This document shows positions 18,876 to 28,332 of a stretch of 64,000 nucleotides of DNA, one piece after another (the first letter of the stretch is position 1; each line of letters opens with the position of its first letter). The position numbers and the translations under genes were made by a program. Origin of the DNA: a virus (lineage: Duplodnaviria; Caudoviricetes); the IMG/VR virus record IMGVR_UViG_3300035670_000009, positions 32,001 through 96,000 of that record; one strand, 5' to 3'. Below the pieces are notes generated by a model that saw only the letters and a program-made list of their open reading frames with translations, was not told the DNA's origin and did not search any database.

Positions 18876-21800
18876 TCAGTCCGCGCAAAGCCAACCCAAG
18901 CCCAAAGCCCTTGCCTGGTCTGGCTTTAGCTTTTCTCCCCAACTGACAAACACCTCTCGATCAGCGCCGAAGTGGTACGGCTGCTTGATCGGAATCAGTG
19001 ACCCGTCAAGGTAACGAGGCCAAAACGGGACATCGTCGACCATGCATTTAGGCACCACGTGCTTGTACACGTGCTCAGCGTGTTCAACTGGCACGATAAG
19101 CATGATTGCGTCGTGGATCTGCAGCGCAATGTCGTATTGCACTTCGGGATGCGCGCGACGGTATTGATAGAAGTTGTTTAACGCGATCGATACAGCGTCC
19201 GCCACGCCGCCTTGAATCGGAAAGTTCTGCGCCTGGCGCTGTTGTTCCCCGATCACGGCGCGGTCAGTCGACGGCATAAACCGCCGGTAGCGACCGTACG
19301 GACCCACGAGCCAGCCTGGCATTTGGCTACGTTCGCGGCACTCGGCCAGAAAATCTTTGGTGCGGGGATACGTGTCGAAGTAGGCGTCGATCATCAATTG
19401 GCACTCTTCGGCCGTGACCTCGACGCCCTCCTCTTTGCACTGCCGCGCGATAGCCTCGGCGCCGCGGCCGTAAGGAATTCCAAAATTCACGTTCTTGGCC
19501 GCCACCCGAAGGCCTTTCTTACCGGCCTTCTTCATGCCGCCCTTGGTCGGCTCAATGCCAGTCAAGGCAAAAGCCTTTACAGCCTGCCGAGAATGGATGT
19601 CGTAGTGGTCAGGGTGCTCCTCGGGCAGGAGATTCCGCCTTACGTGTTCGATAAAATTCTGGTCCTGGCTCAACCACGCGAGGACCGCCAGTTCCGCACC
19701 TGTGAGGTCCGTCTCGATGCCAACGCAGCCCTCGGGTACACGAAGGATCGAGCGGACGGGATGCCGGTAGGACTCTCCGAGGATTCGCCCGTAGTCGTCT
19801 TCGCGGCGGGAGCTGAGGTTTTGCAGCGGGGGCCGGGAGCTGCTGGCGCGGCCGGTTTCCTTGGTCTGAAAAAGATGCGTGCGCACTTTGCCATCTGCAT
19901 GCATAGCGCCAATAAGGCCTTTTTCATATTGGTAGTGGCCGCCTTCATCGGTTTCAAAATCTCCATCTTCGTTAATGGCTGGTTTCCGCAACACGGAAAC
20001 GAGCACCTGGCTGATGAACTTGTAATCGCGGATTTTAGCGGCCGTAACGTTCTGGTGTCCAAGAATGCCGAGGCTTTCTTTGTCGGTACTGGGAACGGCC
20101 GACTCCCTTCGCGTTTTGTAGTTCAATTCGCGCCAGAGCGCGGGCCGTTTGCCCGTTGTCTTGATGGGCGTAAGCCCAAGCGGTTGCGCGTCGTCAGGAA
20201 CCTGAACCGCTGCGGCGTAACGGTTTAGGAACTGCCTCCCAAACAGCGCCACGGAAAGCTGCGGCTGACTTTTGGGATTAAACGCAGGCCAGTTTAAGTC
20301 TGCGCGAAGCTCTGCCAGCAACCGGTCCTGCGCGTTCATGAAGATGGTCGTTAATTCGTCGGCCCGCGCGCGATCCACGACCAAACCGGTTCGCTCCATT
20401 TCCAGAAAGGCGAGACTGGCCTGATGAGCCGTCCAGTATGGCAGCCAGCAGTCGTTTCCATAGATATCTTTGGCGATCAACCCGTCGGTTCCGTCGGTGC
20501 CGTAAAAGCGCAGCATGATCCGCCGAGTAACGTCGGCGTCGTAGCTGGCATAAGGGTGAAGAACAGAACACGGAATCACGCCGTAGCCCGCCATCTCGCT
20601 GGCCTTGATCTTCTTTCGCTTCTCGTAGCGTTTCTTCCACTTGTCCAGCGCGACCCAGTAGGTCGGCGCGGTAGTGAACCGCATTGAGCACTCGTCCAGG
20701 CCGAACTTCGCGGTCTCGTTGACTGCGTGATACATCAAGCTGGTGTCCCAGCCGCCCTCGGTACGAATGTCGGGAGAAGCCGCCGGGGCGTACTCGTCGC
20801 GGCAATCTACGCCGAAGTCGATGAGCCACGGCAAATCGGCGCGGAGGAAATGGCCGCCCACCCGGACCTTGCGGTCTGGGCTGCTCTTGAGGAGCCGGTT
20901 CAGCTGAACGCGAGCTGCTTCAAGATTGGGCCGGAACGCCTCCGCGCCGTTGTCGTAGCGAAGGACGACGGTCCGCGCCCACTTGTCGCGGTTGCTGACC
21001 TGAATCGTCCTAAGATAAGCGCCAGCCTCCGTCGGGTAATCGCCGTGCCATTCGCAGTCCACGGCGATGATGTTTGCGTTTGGGTCAGGGTCCGAGAGCA
21101 TCTCATCGACCATCTCGGTGAGCGCCTCTTCGGTGTAAACGTCGGCATGGTCGACCAGTTCTTGCTCAGGCATGCGGTCATGAATGAGATCCACGAACCG
21201 CCGAACCTGGCCGCGTAAGTCTTCGTAAGCCTCGGGCTTACGCAACAAGTACGCGGGGTTCATGGCCGTCATCACCTTGATTTCGCGTTCGCCTGCACCG
21301 TCGGGGACCTTGATCGTCATCACCCGCCCCGAAAGATTGGAGACGTTGCCGGTCGTGTTTAACACGGCCTTAGCGGCCTCTTGGCCCAAGCAGAGAACAT
21401 AGTCCGGCCGGACAAGCTGCAGTTCTTGGTGCAAGAGCGGCGCGCAATCTTTGAGCCACGCAGCCGGGGTCGTGCTCGAGTCGGGCGTCGGCGAGCCGAA
21501 CTTGCAAGCGAAAGTAACGTACCAGCTGTGATATTCCTCCTCGGGCACGTTCAGGTCGGCCAGCACGTTTTCAAATTCCTCGCCGATTCGGCCGGTCATT
21601 ACGCGCTGCGCGGCCATCTCGTCTCGTCCAGGTATTTTCGAGACGACCATCACCCGCGCCGCTTTGGGGCCGTACGTGCCTTCGTCTGCTAGGCCCCAGA
21701 TGTGCCCGGGGACGAACTGCGAAACCTTCGAACCGTTCTTGAGTTTGATTGGTAACGAAAAAGTCGGCTCGTACAGCGCGAGGCGGTAGAGATAGACAAG

Positions 21801-22016
21801 ATGTTTTCCGGGGTCGACTTTCTTTTTCTTAACCTGCGCCGGGTCAATCGAGTCGCCCAACATGGTGGCGTGCTCGATGAAATTCGGCCCTGGTTGCGGC
21901 ATGCCTGGGCCGGTCATGTCTAGAAACGGGTAGAGAGCGTCGGCCAGGGCGGCGCTCTCCTCGTCGCCGTCCAGGGCCCGAGACAACAGGTGCGTAAACG
22001 TCAGCGTGGCCGTCAT
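18876..22016 (-). CDS. polA: DNA polymerase family A with N-terminal UDG family-4-like domain and 3'-5' exonuclease
   Basis: ExoI VDCE, ExoIII YASYDAD; motif A ETDLTGAELAVLA, motif B AAKNVNFGIPYG, motif C LQIHDAI; UDG-like SKIPGRDE...ELQLVRPDYVLCLG...MNPAYLLR. Start 22016 by ATGA coupling. Confidence 0.92.
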   Translation of the reverse strand: MTATLTFTHLLSRALDGDEESAALADALYPFLDMTGPGMPQPGPNFIEHATMLGDSIDPAQVKKKKVDPGKHLVYLYRLALYEPTFSLPIKLKNGSKVSQFVPGHIWGLADEGTYGPKAARVMVVSKIPGRDEMAAQRVMTGRIGEEFENVLADLNVPEEEYHSWYVTFACKFGSPTPDSSTTPAAWLKDCAPLLHQELQLVRPDYVLCLGQEAAKAVLNTTGNVSNLSGRVMTIKVPDGAGEREIKVMTAMNPAYLLRKPEAYEDLRGQVRRFVDLIHDRMPEQELVDHADVYTEEALTEMVDEMLSDPDPNANIIAVDCEWHGDYPTEAGAYLRTIQVSNRDKWARTVVLRYDNGAEAFRPNLEAARVQLNRLLKSSPDRKVRVGGHFLRADLPWLIDFGVDCRDEYAPAASPDIRTEGGWDTSLMYHAVNETAKFGLDECSMRFTTAPTYWVALDKWKKRYEKRKKIKASEMAGYGVIPCSVLHPYASYDADVTRRIMLRFYGTDGTDGLIAKDIYGNDCWLPYWTAHQASLAFLEMERTGLVVDRARADELTTIFMNAQDRLLAELRADLNWPAFNPKSQPQLSVALFGRQFLNRYAAAVQVPDDAQPLGLTPIKTTGKRPALWRELNYKTRRESAVPSTDKESLGILGHQNVTAAKIRDYKFISQVLVSVLRKPAINEDGDFETDEGGHYQYEKGLIGAMHADGKVRTHLFQTKETGRASSSRPPLQNLSSRREDDYGRILGESYRHPVRSILRVPEGCVGIETDLTGAELAVLAWLSQDQNFIEHVRRNLLPEEHPDHYDIHSRQAVKAFALTGIEPTKGGMKKAGKKGLRVAAKNVNFGIPYGRGAEAIARQCKEEGVEVTAEECQLMIDAYFDTYPRTKDFLAECRERSQMPGWLVGPYGRYRRFMPSTDRAVIGEQQRQAQNFPIQGGVADAVSIALNNFYQYRRAHPEVQYDIALQIHDAIMLIVPVEHAEHVYKHVVPKCMVDDVPFWPRYLDGSLIPIKQPYHFGADREVFVSWGEKLKPDQARALGLGWLCAD

Positions 22017-22387
22017 GGCGAACTCGTAGCTTCCTGACTTTTCTTGAACTCTTCGCTCAGGTCTTTCACGTAAATGCGCATTAACTTGAGCATCTTCTCG
22101 AAGAACACCGGGTGCTCCCGCATTATCCGCCTGGTGTCGGAGCTGTAAGGGCTCATTTCGCAAACCGTGTTGCCCGCGTGAACATAGGTCGTCATGTTGT
22201 CGGCGTGCCGGACAGGCTGAACCTTGATGAGGTTGCAAAAGTTGCCTAGGCCGATCGTCGTCGGACCCGAGACAGCGTTGCTGGCTGCATACACGGCGTC
22301 GGCGAATTCCTGCGCATGCGTGCGAATCAGGTCAATGCCGTCGTTGTAAATTGTCAGTGTGGTCAGGTTACCCATGGGGCTCCTCAA
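22013..22387 (-). CDS. Hypothetical protein
   Basis: 124 aa; coupled on both sides. Confidence 0.65.
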   Translation of the reverse strand: MRSPMGNLTTLTIYNDGIDLIRTHAQEFADAVYAASNAVSGPTTIGLGNFCNLIKVQPVRHADNMTTYVHAGNTVCEMSPYSSDTRRIMREHPVFFEKMLKLMRIYVKDLSEEFKKSQEATSSP

Positions 22388-23409
22388 AGAACTTGAGAGA
22401 TCAACGCGTGGATATCCTCACGTGAATAATCCGCCGGATCGCGTTCGTCCGGCAGATAGGCCAACCGGACGTCGGCGCCGCGGGCCTTGAGCAGCTCGGC
22501 GGCCTGCGCCATCTCGTTGCGGGCATCATAGTCGAGCATCAGGACTACGGGCTTGCTCATCCAGGTTGTGGCGAGCGTGATCTGCTGCCACAGACTCATT
22601 GTCTTGCCAAACAGGCAAACGGCCGGAGCCCCGATCCGCCAGACACTCGGCACGCCCTCAACCACAACGACATACGGCTCTTCGCGCGCCCGATCGTAGT
22701 TGTAGAGCATGCGGCTCTTCGAGCTGCCCGGGCAGTTGAAATACTTGGGCGCCCCAGTTCCGCCGAGCACGCGCCCTTGCCAACTCACCAGCTGCCCGTT
22801 GAACGTAATTGGAATGTAAATTCGGTTGAACATCACGCGATAAGCAGGTTCTTTGACATACGTGCAAACGCCAATCTGAAATTCGCGGTCAAGCGCCGTC
22901 GTGTCGAAATCTCGCGACCGCAGGTATTGCACGGCCGGATGAAAATCTGGCAGTCCGGCAACCGAACAAATTTCGCCCGGAGGCGCCACAGCCTTGTGAA
23001 CGAACTCTGCCGTGGCGGCTTTGATCGTGGCGCGTTTAATCAACCGCTTGCCGCCCCCGAAGATCAAGTCCTCGAGCTGTTCGCGCTTGCCAGGTTGGTC
23101 GATGCAGTTCTCGTTGTAGCAGACGGCCAGGTGCGTGTGTGTTCGTCGGTTGTTCTTGTAGTCTGCGCCGTAAAGATGGTTAATCCAAAGCCGCTGTCGG
23201 GTGTCTTTGCAAAACGGACAATTAACGCAATAGTATTCGCCCCAGGTATGTGCGCGCTCAATTACACGTCCCGGACGCAGCGGGTCGTTCATGCGCTGAA
23301 TGTGTGCAGAGACCCCCTCGTTGGCTATCTTCACCTCGCCGAATTTGTGCTCTAGCAGCGAGTAAAGCATGGAATTTAAAGGGTCAACGGCAGGCGCGGT
23401 CATTGTCAT
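22384..23409 (-). CDS. DnaG-type DNA primase
   Basis: Zn finger CPFC...C; PKYFNCP; TOPRIM VVVEGV and LMLDYD. Confidence 0.9.
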   Translation of the reverse strand: MTMTAPAVDPLNSMLYSLLEHKFGEVKIANEGVSAHIQRMNDPLRPGRVIERAHTWGEYYCVNCPFCKDTRQRLWINHLYGADYKNNRRTHTHLAVCYNENCIDQPGKREQLEDLIFGGGKRLIKRATIKAATAEFVHKAVAPPGEICSVAGLPDFHPAVQYLRSRDFDTTALDREFQIGVCTYVKEPAYRVMFNRIYIPITFNGQLVSWQGRVLGGTGAPKYFNCPGSSKSRMLYNYDRAREEPYVVVVEGVPSVWRIGAPAVCLFGKTMSLWQQITLATTWMSKPVVLMLDYDARNEMAQAAELLKARGADVRLAYLPDERDPADYSREDIHALISQVL

Positions 23410-23420
23410 GGTGGTCCTTT

Positions 23421-25112
23421 CTAGAAGCCGTCCGCAAAAGTATCAGTGTCCCACCCACGACGGCGATTGTTGTCTTCACGGCCTTCGCGCACGGGGGTCG
23501 CTACGCGAACTTCGTTTCGGCGCAAAATTGCGCGACTTGCCGAGTCAGCGATGTATTCATCGTTGACTAGGTGGACGTCCACAAGATGGTCATCCATGCG
23601 AATCAATCCGTGAGGCGTACCGCAAGGCGGAAGCCCTAGACGGATTTTGGACCAGTAAATCGTCGAAACCAACGTGGAAACATCCCGAATGTTAATGCAC
23701 ATGCAGGAATGAACGTTCTCGGCGAAACTTTTGGAACCAGACGCATCTAGGTGCGAAATGTATTCAAACGGTTTAATTTTCTTGCACTCGCCCGGCGCAA
23801 GCTGGTGCGCCAACACAACCGTGCACCGCATTGGAACCGCAATCGTCGTGCGAAGTTCGTCGGGGACTTTCTTAATCGGCCTAGTAATGGCGTTTTGTTC
23901 CGTCATCGCGCGTGTGTTTCCGGACGCCGAAATTTCGCGCTCAACAAGAATGCCCGCGTAATCCACACTAACACAACCAATCTCCATTCCGCGCTCATCC
24001 GATAACCGTTCCAGCGCAGATTTGATCTCTACTACGCCGCCAGCACCGCGACCACCCGTCGCCTCGTTGTAACTGAAATCAAGAAACACGAAGTTCCGAT
24101 TGAACCAATGCATGGCCGCTTCCCAGCGCTCTCGCTCTCCAAACATAATTTCGCCATTGCGGTTTTCCGGAAGGTTTCGGTCGTAGTCTTTAAGCTGGTT
24201 GCGGTCAGATAGCTCTGCCCAGAATCGTTCTCCCGCTGAAGTAAAAAGATTGCGGTCAATTCGCGCAGCAGCAGACCAAAAAAGCGGGCCCATACGCTCG
24301 GCGCCGTCTTCGTAACCCACAAACACTGAAAGCTTATTTTCACCCAGATTGGCGTAGAGCTCCGCCATGCGCACAGCGAAAGTAGCCAGAATCGTCGTCT
24401 TGCCGCCTGCATACGGACCAAGTACGCCAATCACGTCGCCGGGGCGAACGCCGCTGATGTACTGATCTATCCAAGGCAATCCGGTTGTAACCGCTGGCGG
24501 TGGCAACACAATAGGAGAGCCAAAACTCGGCATCGCTGCCGAATTCAATGTCGGCGTACCGATGTGGTCTACCCGCTGCGCCGCCCGGCCAAACCGCTCG
24601 AGCAGATTTTTGATCTGCGCTGGAACGGTATCTTCCGTAGACCGGTTCAGGATATTCTGCAGTTGCGGCTTGATGTACCGCACATTCATGAATCGTTTGA
24701 GCACGCTCTCGAGAAACTGGCGCTCTGCGCGCTGACCCGCGGCGTCAGGCAGCGGCGCGTCGAACGCCTCGTCGATAACGCCCTGCCCTTCGGCGGCTCC
24801 GAACAAGAAAACGATTTCCTGCGGGCTGAGAATGACAGCTTCTGTTTCGATCCACGATCCGATCTTAGTGAGCATCATGTCCTTGGTCACCGAGCGGAAC
24901 TCGTTGTAGAGGTCCCGCGCGGCTGAGAAAAGGACCAGGAACACCTGCTCGGTGTGCTTGAAATGCGACGCATTAAAATCCAGCTGCAGCGCCTCCTTGA
25001 GCAAGGAGGGATACCGCAAAAAGCCCTTGAAGAGCGAAAGGATTTCGTCACGCGTCAGCGCTGCGTCTTCTTGTTCAAATTGTCGCTGATCCGTCATGCG
25101 AACGCTCTCCAA
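23421..25112 (-). CDS. DnaB-like (SF4) replicative helicase
   Basis: Walker A GPYAGGKTT, YEDG, Walker B VSVDYAG, LAHQL; adjacent to the primase. Confidence 0.85.
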   Translation of the reverse strand: MESVRMTDQRQFEQEDAALTRDEILSLFKGFLRYPSLLKEALQLDFNASHFKHTEQVFLVLFSAARDLYNEFRSVTKDMMLTKIGSWIETEAVILSPQEIVFLFGAAEGQGVIDEAFDAPLPDAAGQRAERQFLESVLKRFMNVRYIKPQLQNILNRSTEDTVPAQIKNLLERFGRAAQRVDHIGTPTLNSAAMPSFGSPIVLPPPAVTTGLPWIDQYISGVRPGDVIGVLGPYAGGKTTILATFAVRMAELYANLGENKLSVFVGYEDGAERMGPLFWSAAARIDRNLFTSAGERFWAELSDRNQLKDYDRNLPENRNGEIMFGERERWEAAMHWFNRNFVFLDFSYNEATGGRGAGGVVEIKSALERLSDERGMEIGCVSVDYAGILVEREISASGNTRAMTEQNAITRPIKKVPDELRTTIAVPMRCTVVLAHQLAPGECKKIKPFEYISHLDASGSKSFAENVHSCMCINIRDVSTLVSTIYWSKIRLGLPPCGTPHGLIRMDDHLVDVHLVNDEYIADSASRAILRRNEVRVATPVREGREDNNRRRGWDTDTFADGF

Positions 25113-25825
25113 TGCTGCCTAATTTCTAATGCGGCTGCGCGCAACGCAGGTGTGACGCACCACGACTCAACAGCCGTGTCGTAAATGCGCTGCTGCGCCT
25201 CGTAATCCAGCGCGGCGAGCCATAGATATCTTTCCACGCCGCGCGAGTTTTCCAGCTGATGCGCAAAGGCATGCCGGAAAAACGGGCTGGCCGAGACGTA
25301 GCCCTCGTCGCAAAGAACGTAGAAAACCTGGTCGTCAGGGGCCAGGTTTAGCGCCTGCGTGCCGCGGATGCGATTAGCGATCGTCGCTCCGGCTACGTCA
25401 AAGCTGTACTTGAGCATCTTCGGCAAGGCCTGAAGATACTCTTGGTAAATTGCGGGAGATTGCGCGCCATACAACCGGCTTGGCCGCATGTCCGGAACAA
25501 TATGCGTCTGCGCAACCTGTCGCGCATACTGCACGCCTGAAAAGTGCGCAGCCACGTAAAGCCCGGGGTCGGCTCGCGACGCGCGCACCGCGTCCGCGAT
25601 CTTTTGCCATACAGCTGTACGTTTAACGCCGTACGCGTCTTTACCGCCATCCCAACTGACGCGCCGTCGATTATGAACTGGCGCATCCCAATCCGGCTCA
25701 TTTTCGTAATGCCGGACAAACTGATACCGCAGATAGGCAGTCAGTTGATGTGCTTGAAGCGTTAAATGCCAATCCGGGGATAGGTCAATCTCCGCCAATG
25801 CCGCGCCAGCTTCTCTGCGCTTCAT
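25094..25825 (-). CDS. Hypothetical protein in the replication block
   Basis: 243 aa from ATG 25825. Confidence 0.65.
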   Translation of the reverse strand: MKRREAGAALAEIDLSPDWHLTLQAHQLTAYLRYQFVRHYENEPDWDAPVHNRRRVSWDGGKDAYGVKRTAVWQKIADAVRASRADPGLYVAAHFSGVQYARQVAQTHIVPDMRPSRLYGAQSPAIYQEYLQALPKMLKYSFDVAGATIANRIRGTQALNLAPDDQVFYVLCDEGYVSASPFFRHAFAHQLENSRGVERYLWLAALDYEAQQRIYDTAVESWCVTPALRAAALEIRQHWRAFA

Positions 25826-28331
25826 GCCAATTCTGCTCCCATCCCAATAGCTTGTAGCTGTTTCGACGACCAAGGCTTTTTCGATAAAAAGTTGGGTCGA
25901 ACGTGTCCATGCAGTCGAGTACTTCTCCGTACTCCTTGCGGGTTCCATCCGGCGCTGTGTAAATGCGGCTCACGCGGCCCGGCCCCTGAACGTCGACGAT
26001 ATCGCTGTCGCGGTCGTCGGCGCGGACCAGTACGTTGAGCTGCTCAAAGTCGACGCCCGTAGACCACACATCCGTAGCGATGACACGACGCAGTTCGCCC
26101 GACTCGAACTGGGCGCGCATGTTGTGCTTTTCGATTTCACTGAGCGGCGTGTAATTTTCGGGCAACAGTTTGTGCTTTCTGTACGCCGCGCAATCAGCGG
26201 GCGACATCGAGCCGTAGACCAGCCGAAAATCCGGTAACTGCGCGCCCAGGTGAACTGCATGTTCAATCGTTTCAACCAAGATCAAGATCTGATGCGTGTC
26301 GGGATAGTCCCGAACGGCGGCGGCGATGATAGAGTTGCGCTCGTGGTTTGTCCAGATTCCGTGTCGCTTGCGGGCTACACGGTTGCTGAATCGCTCAGCT
26401 GGGTTGGTCAACAACCGCATCGGCAGCCACTTGACCCGCACCGGCACGACCAGCCCCAGATCAACGGCCTGCTGATATGTGAGCTCAAACACCATCGGCC
26501 CAAAGAGCGGCTCGAGCACGTTGTGCGCGTTGTCCATCCGAGCATAGGGCGTAGCCGACATGCCAAAGTTCCGCGAATTGCGGTAGCGACTGGCGAGCGT
26601 TGTCGAAAAATTGATCGTCGCCAGCTGGTGAACTTCGTCGGCAAACAGAAAGTCTGCGTCGCCATCGGCGTGCTGCAACGAACCCGCGGTGATAATCGTT
26701 ACTCGTTGTCGCTCGCGCCAGCCGTCGCCAATCATGCCGACCTTGGGAACAAATCGCCGCAAACTGCGCTTGATCCGCTCGGCCACGTCGACGCTTTTGG
26801 TCACAACGTCAATGCGGGCCTCGGGGAAAAGCAGCGCGGCAGCGCCGATCAAAGTTGTATTGTGCGTGACGGTGTAGTCGCGCGTAAGGTACAACCCGTC
26901 GTCGGCGCTGACAGAAATGCAAGCGCACGGCATTTGACCTGCGGGGCGGATGGCCACAATTGCCTTGGTCTTGCCCTGCTTAGTTTTTGCGCGCCAATGT
27001 TTCGCTTTGCGCGGCAACCAAAAGGGATTTACGGGCAAATTCACGGCCACGCGCCAGTACGTTTTGCCAGGCTGTGCCGCGTATTCTTGTGATTTGACCC
27101 GCGTCACGCCGCCCAGCGACCGCACAAGGTCGCAGACGTCCTCGGCTAACTGTTTGGACGCGACGGGACCAAACTCGACGTGATAATTGCGTTTACGCAA
27201 CGTGCCGTCCGTGTCCATCAGGCCGCGCAACAGTTCAAGCCGCTGCTCGTAGCTGGCGTGCTTGTAAATTTCCGGGATCTTCTTGTCATGCGACAAAACG
27301 CACACGCCGAGCTGTTCAAGCGCTGTCTTGAGAAGATTTTCGCGTTTCTTGATGCCGTGCGTAATTCGCCAGTCGTGTCCGGCAATGTACGCCGTAAACA
27401 AATCAAACGGCGCCACAAGTTGCTCAACACGATCGACAATTTCGGGATCGTCGGTGCTGAACCGAACGCCGCTTTGCGTCAACCCGCCATCCCCCAGCAA
27501 AACGCCGAGAAGATACGGATCGACCGGCAACTCGCGCCGCTGAAAACGGACGGGGCCGGTCACCGGGACAAACCACTTCTTGTTGCCCTGGTTATCAAAC
27601 AGGTCGTCGACCAACTCGCCAATAGCAACGGCGCAAAAGCCCTGTTTCCGGTGCTTTTGCGTTTTGGTTTGCACGTTCCACAGATGCTCTTTGCAGCACT
27701 GCACCACAGAACCATCCGAAAATTCAACCTCGACGATATCCTTCACGCCTTGCGGGTAGACGCCCGTCACTTCTGTGGGGTATCCGTTCGCGCCGATGAC
27801 GTAGTCGCCCGGCTGAAGGGCACCGAGCGGCACAGGACCAATGGGCGTATACACGGTTTCGGTGAGCGGTTGCGCTTTCCCGAACCCGGTGACGGCCTTG
27901 ATAACGCCGCACGGCACGCGAGCGATCGTTTGAAGGCACTCTTCCTGGCGGGCGCGAAACTCGATGCGGCTGCGCAGGTTGTCCCACTGCGGCACGAAAC
28001 AATTGGGCCGTTTACGTTCAGGTGAGATGTCTCGTAATGACGTCTGACACCCGAGCTTTCTGAGCCGCCCGACCATCCGCGCTAAATAACCAGCCAAAAC
28101 GATCACTTTGCCATTCTCGATCCGGTGCAGCTTGTACTCTTTAGTCTGGTAGTACATCTTCTGCCCGGTAATTGGGTCGCGGCGGCCCTGCCCGCCCTGG
28201 ACCGCCTCCATATGCTCGTACCGCAAGTCGAACGTGAGGCGTTTGATCAACGCCTGTTCGAGCGGTCCGCCGTCAGAACCCGACAGAGTGAGCACGTTGC
28301 CGCTACGAGTAATCAGCACAGGTTGCTGCAT
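25785..28331 (-). CDS. SF2 (UvsW/XPB-like) helicase containing an intein
   Basis: Walker A VTGFGK|TT split by an intein; FADEVHQ, GMSATP, VIATDVWSTGVD, QGPGRVSR. Start 28331 directly follows the RAMP stop. Confidence 0.9.
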   Translation of the reverse strand: MQQPVLITRSGNVLTLSGSDGGPLEQALIKRLTFDLRYEHMEAVQGGQGRRDPITGQKMYYQTKEYKLHRIENGKVIVLAGYLARMVGRLRKLGCQTSLRDISPERKRPNCFVPQWDNLRSRIEFRARQEECLQTIARVPCGVIKAVTGFGKAQPLTETVYTPIGPVPLGALQPGDYVIGANGYPTEVTGVYPQGVKDIVEVEFSDGSVVQCCKEHLWNVQTKTQKHRKQGFCAVAIGELVDDLFDNQGNKKWFVPVTGPVRFQRRELPVDPYLLGVLLGDGGLTQSGVRFSTDDPEIVDRVEQLVAPFDLFTAYIAGHDWRITHGIKKRENLLKTALEQLGVCVLSHDKKIPEIYKHASYEQRLELLRGLMDTDGTLRKRNYHVEFGPVASKQLAEDVCDLVRSLGGVTRVKSQEYAAQPGKTYWRVAVNLPVNPFWLPRKAKHWRAKTKQGKTKAIVAIRPAGQMPCACISVSADDGLYLTRDYTVTHNTTLIGAAALLFPEARIDVVTKSVDVAERIKRSLRRFVPKVGMIGDGWRERQRVTIITAGSLQHADGDADFLFADEVHQLATINFSTTLASRYRNSRNFGMSATPYARMDNAHNVLEPLFGPMVFELTYQQAVDLGLVVPVRVKWLPMRLLTNPAERFSNRVARKRHGIWTNHERNSIIAAAVRDYPDTHQILILVETIEHAVHLGAQLPDFRLVYGSMSPADCAAYRKHKLLPENYTPLSEIEKHNMRAQFESGELRRVIATDVWSTGVDFEQLNVLVRADDRDSDIVDVQGPGRVSRIYTAPDGTRKEYGEVLDCMDTFDPTFYRKSLGRRNSYKLLGWEQNWHEAQRSWRGIGGD
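26859..27875 (-). mobile_element. Intein (339 aa) with LAGLIDADG homing endonuclease; Ala1 plus W/C/T triplet (class 3 type)
   Basis: Begins AQPLTETVYTP, ends VTHN followed by Thr+1; block B EHLW, block F CACISV, block G VTHN; LAGLIDADG motifs LLGVLLGDG and LLRGLMDTDG. Confidence 0.92.
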
Positions 28332-28332
28332 G

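Noticed and set aside
22017-22238. N-terminal extension of the 1120-aa PolA ORF
   Set aside because: Overlaps the 22013..22387 gene; ATGA coupling points to a start at 22016.
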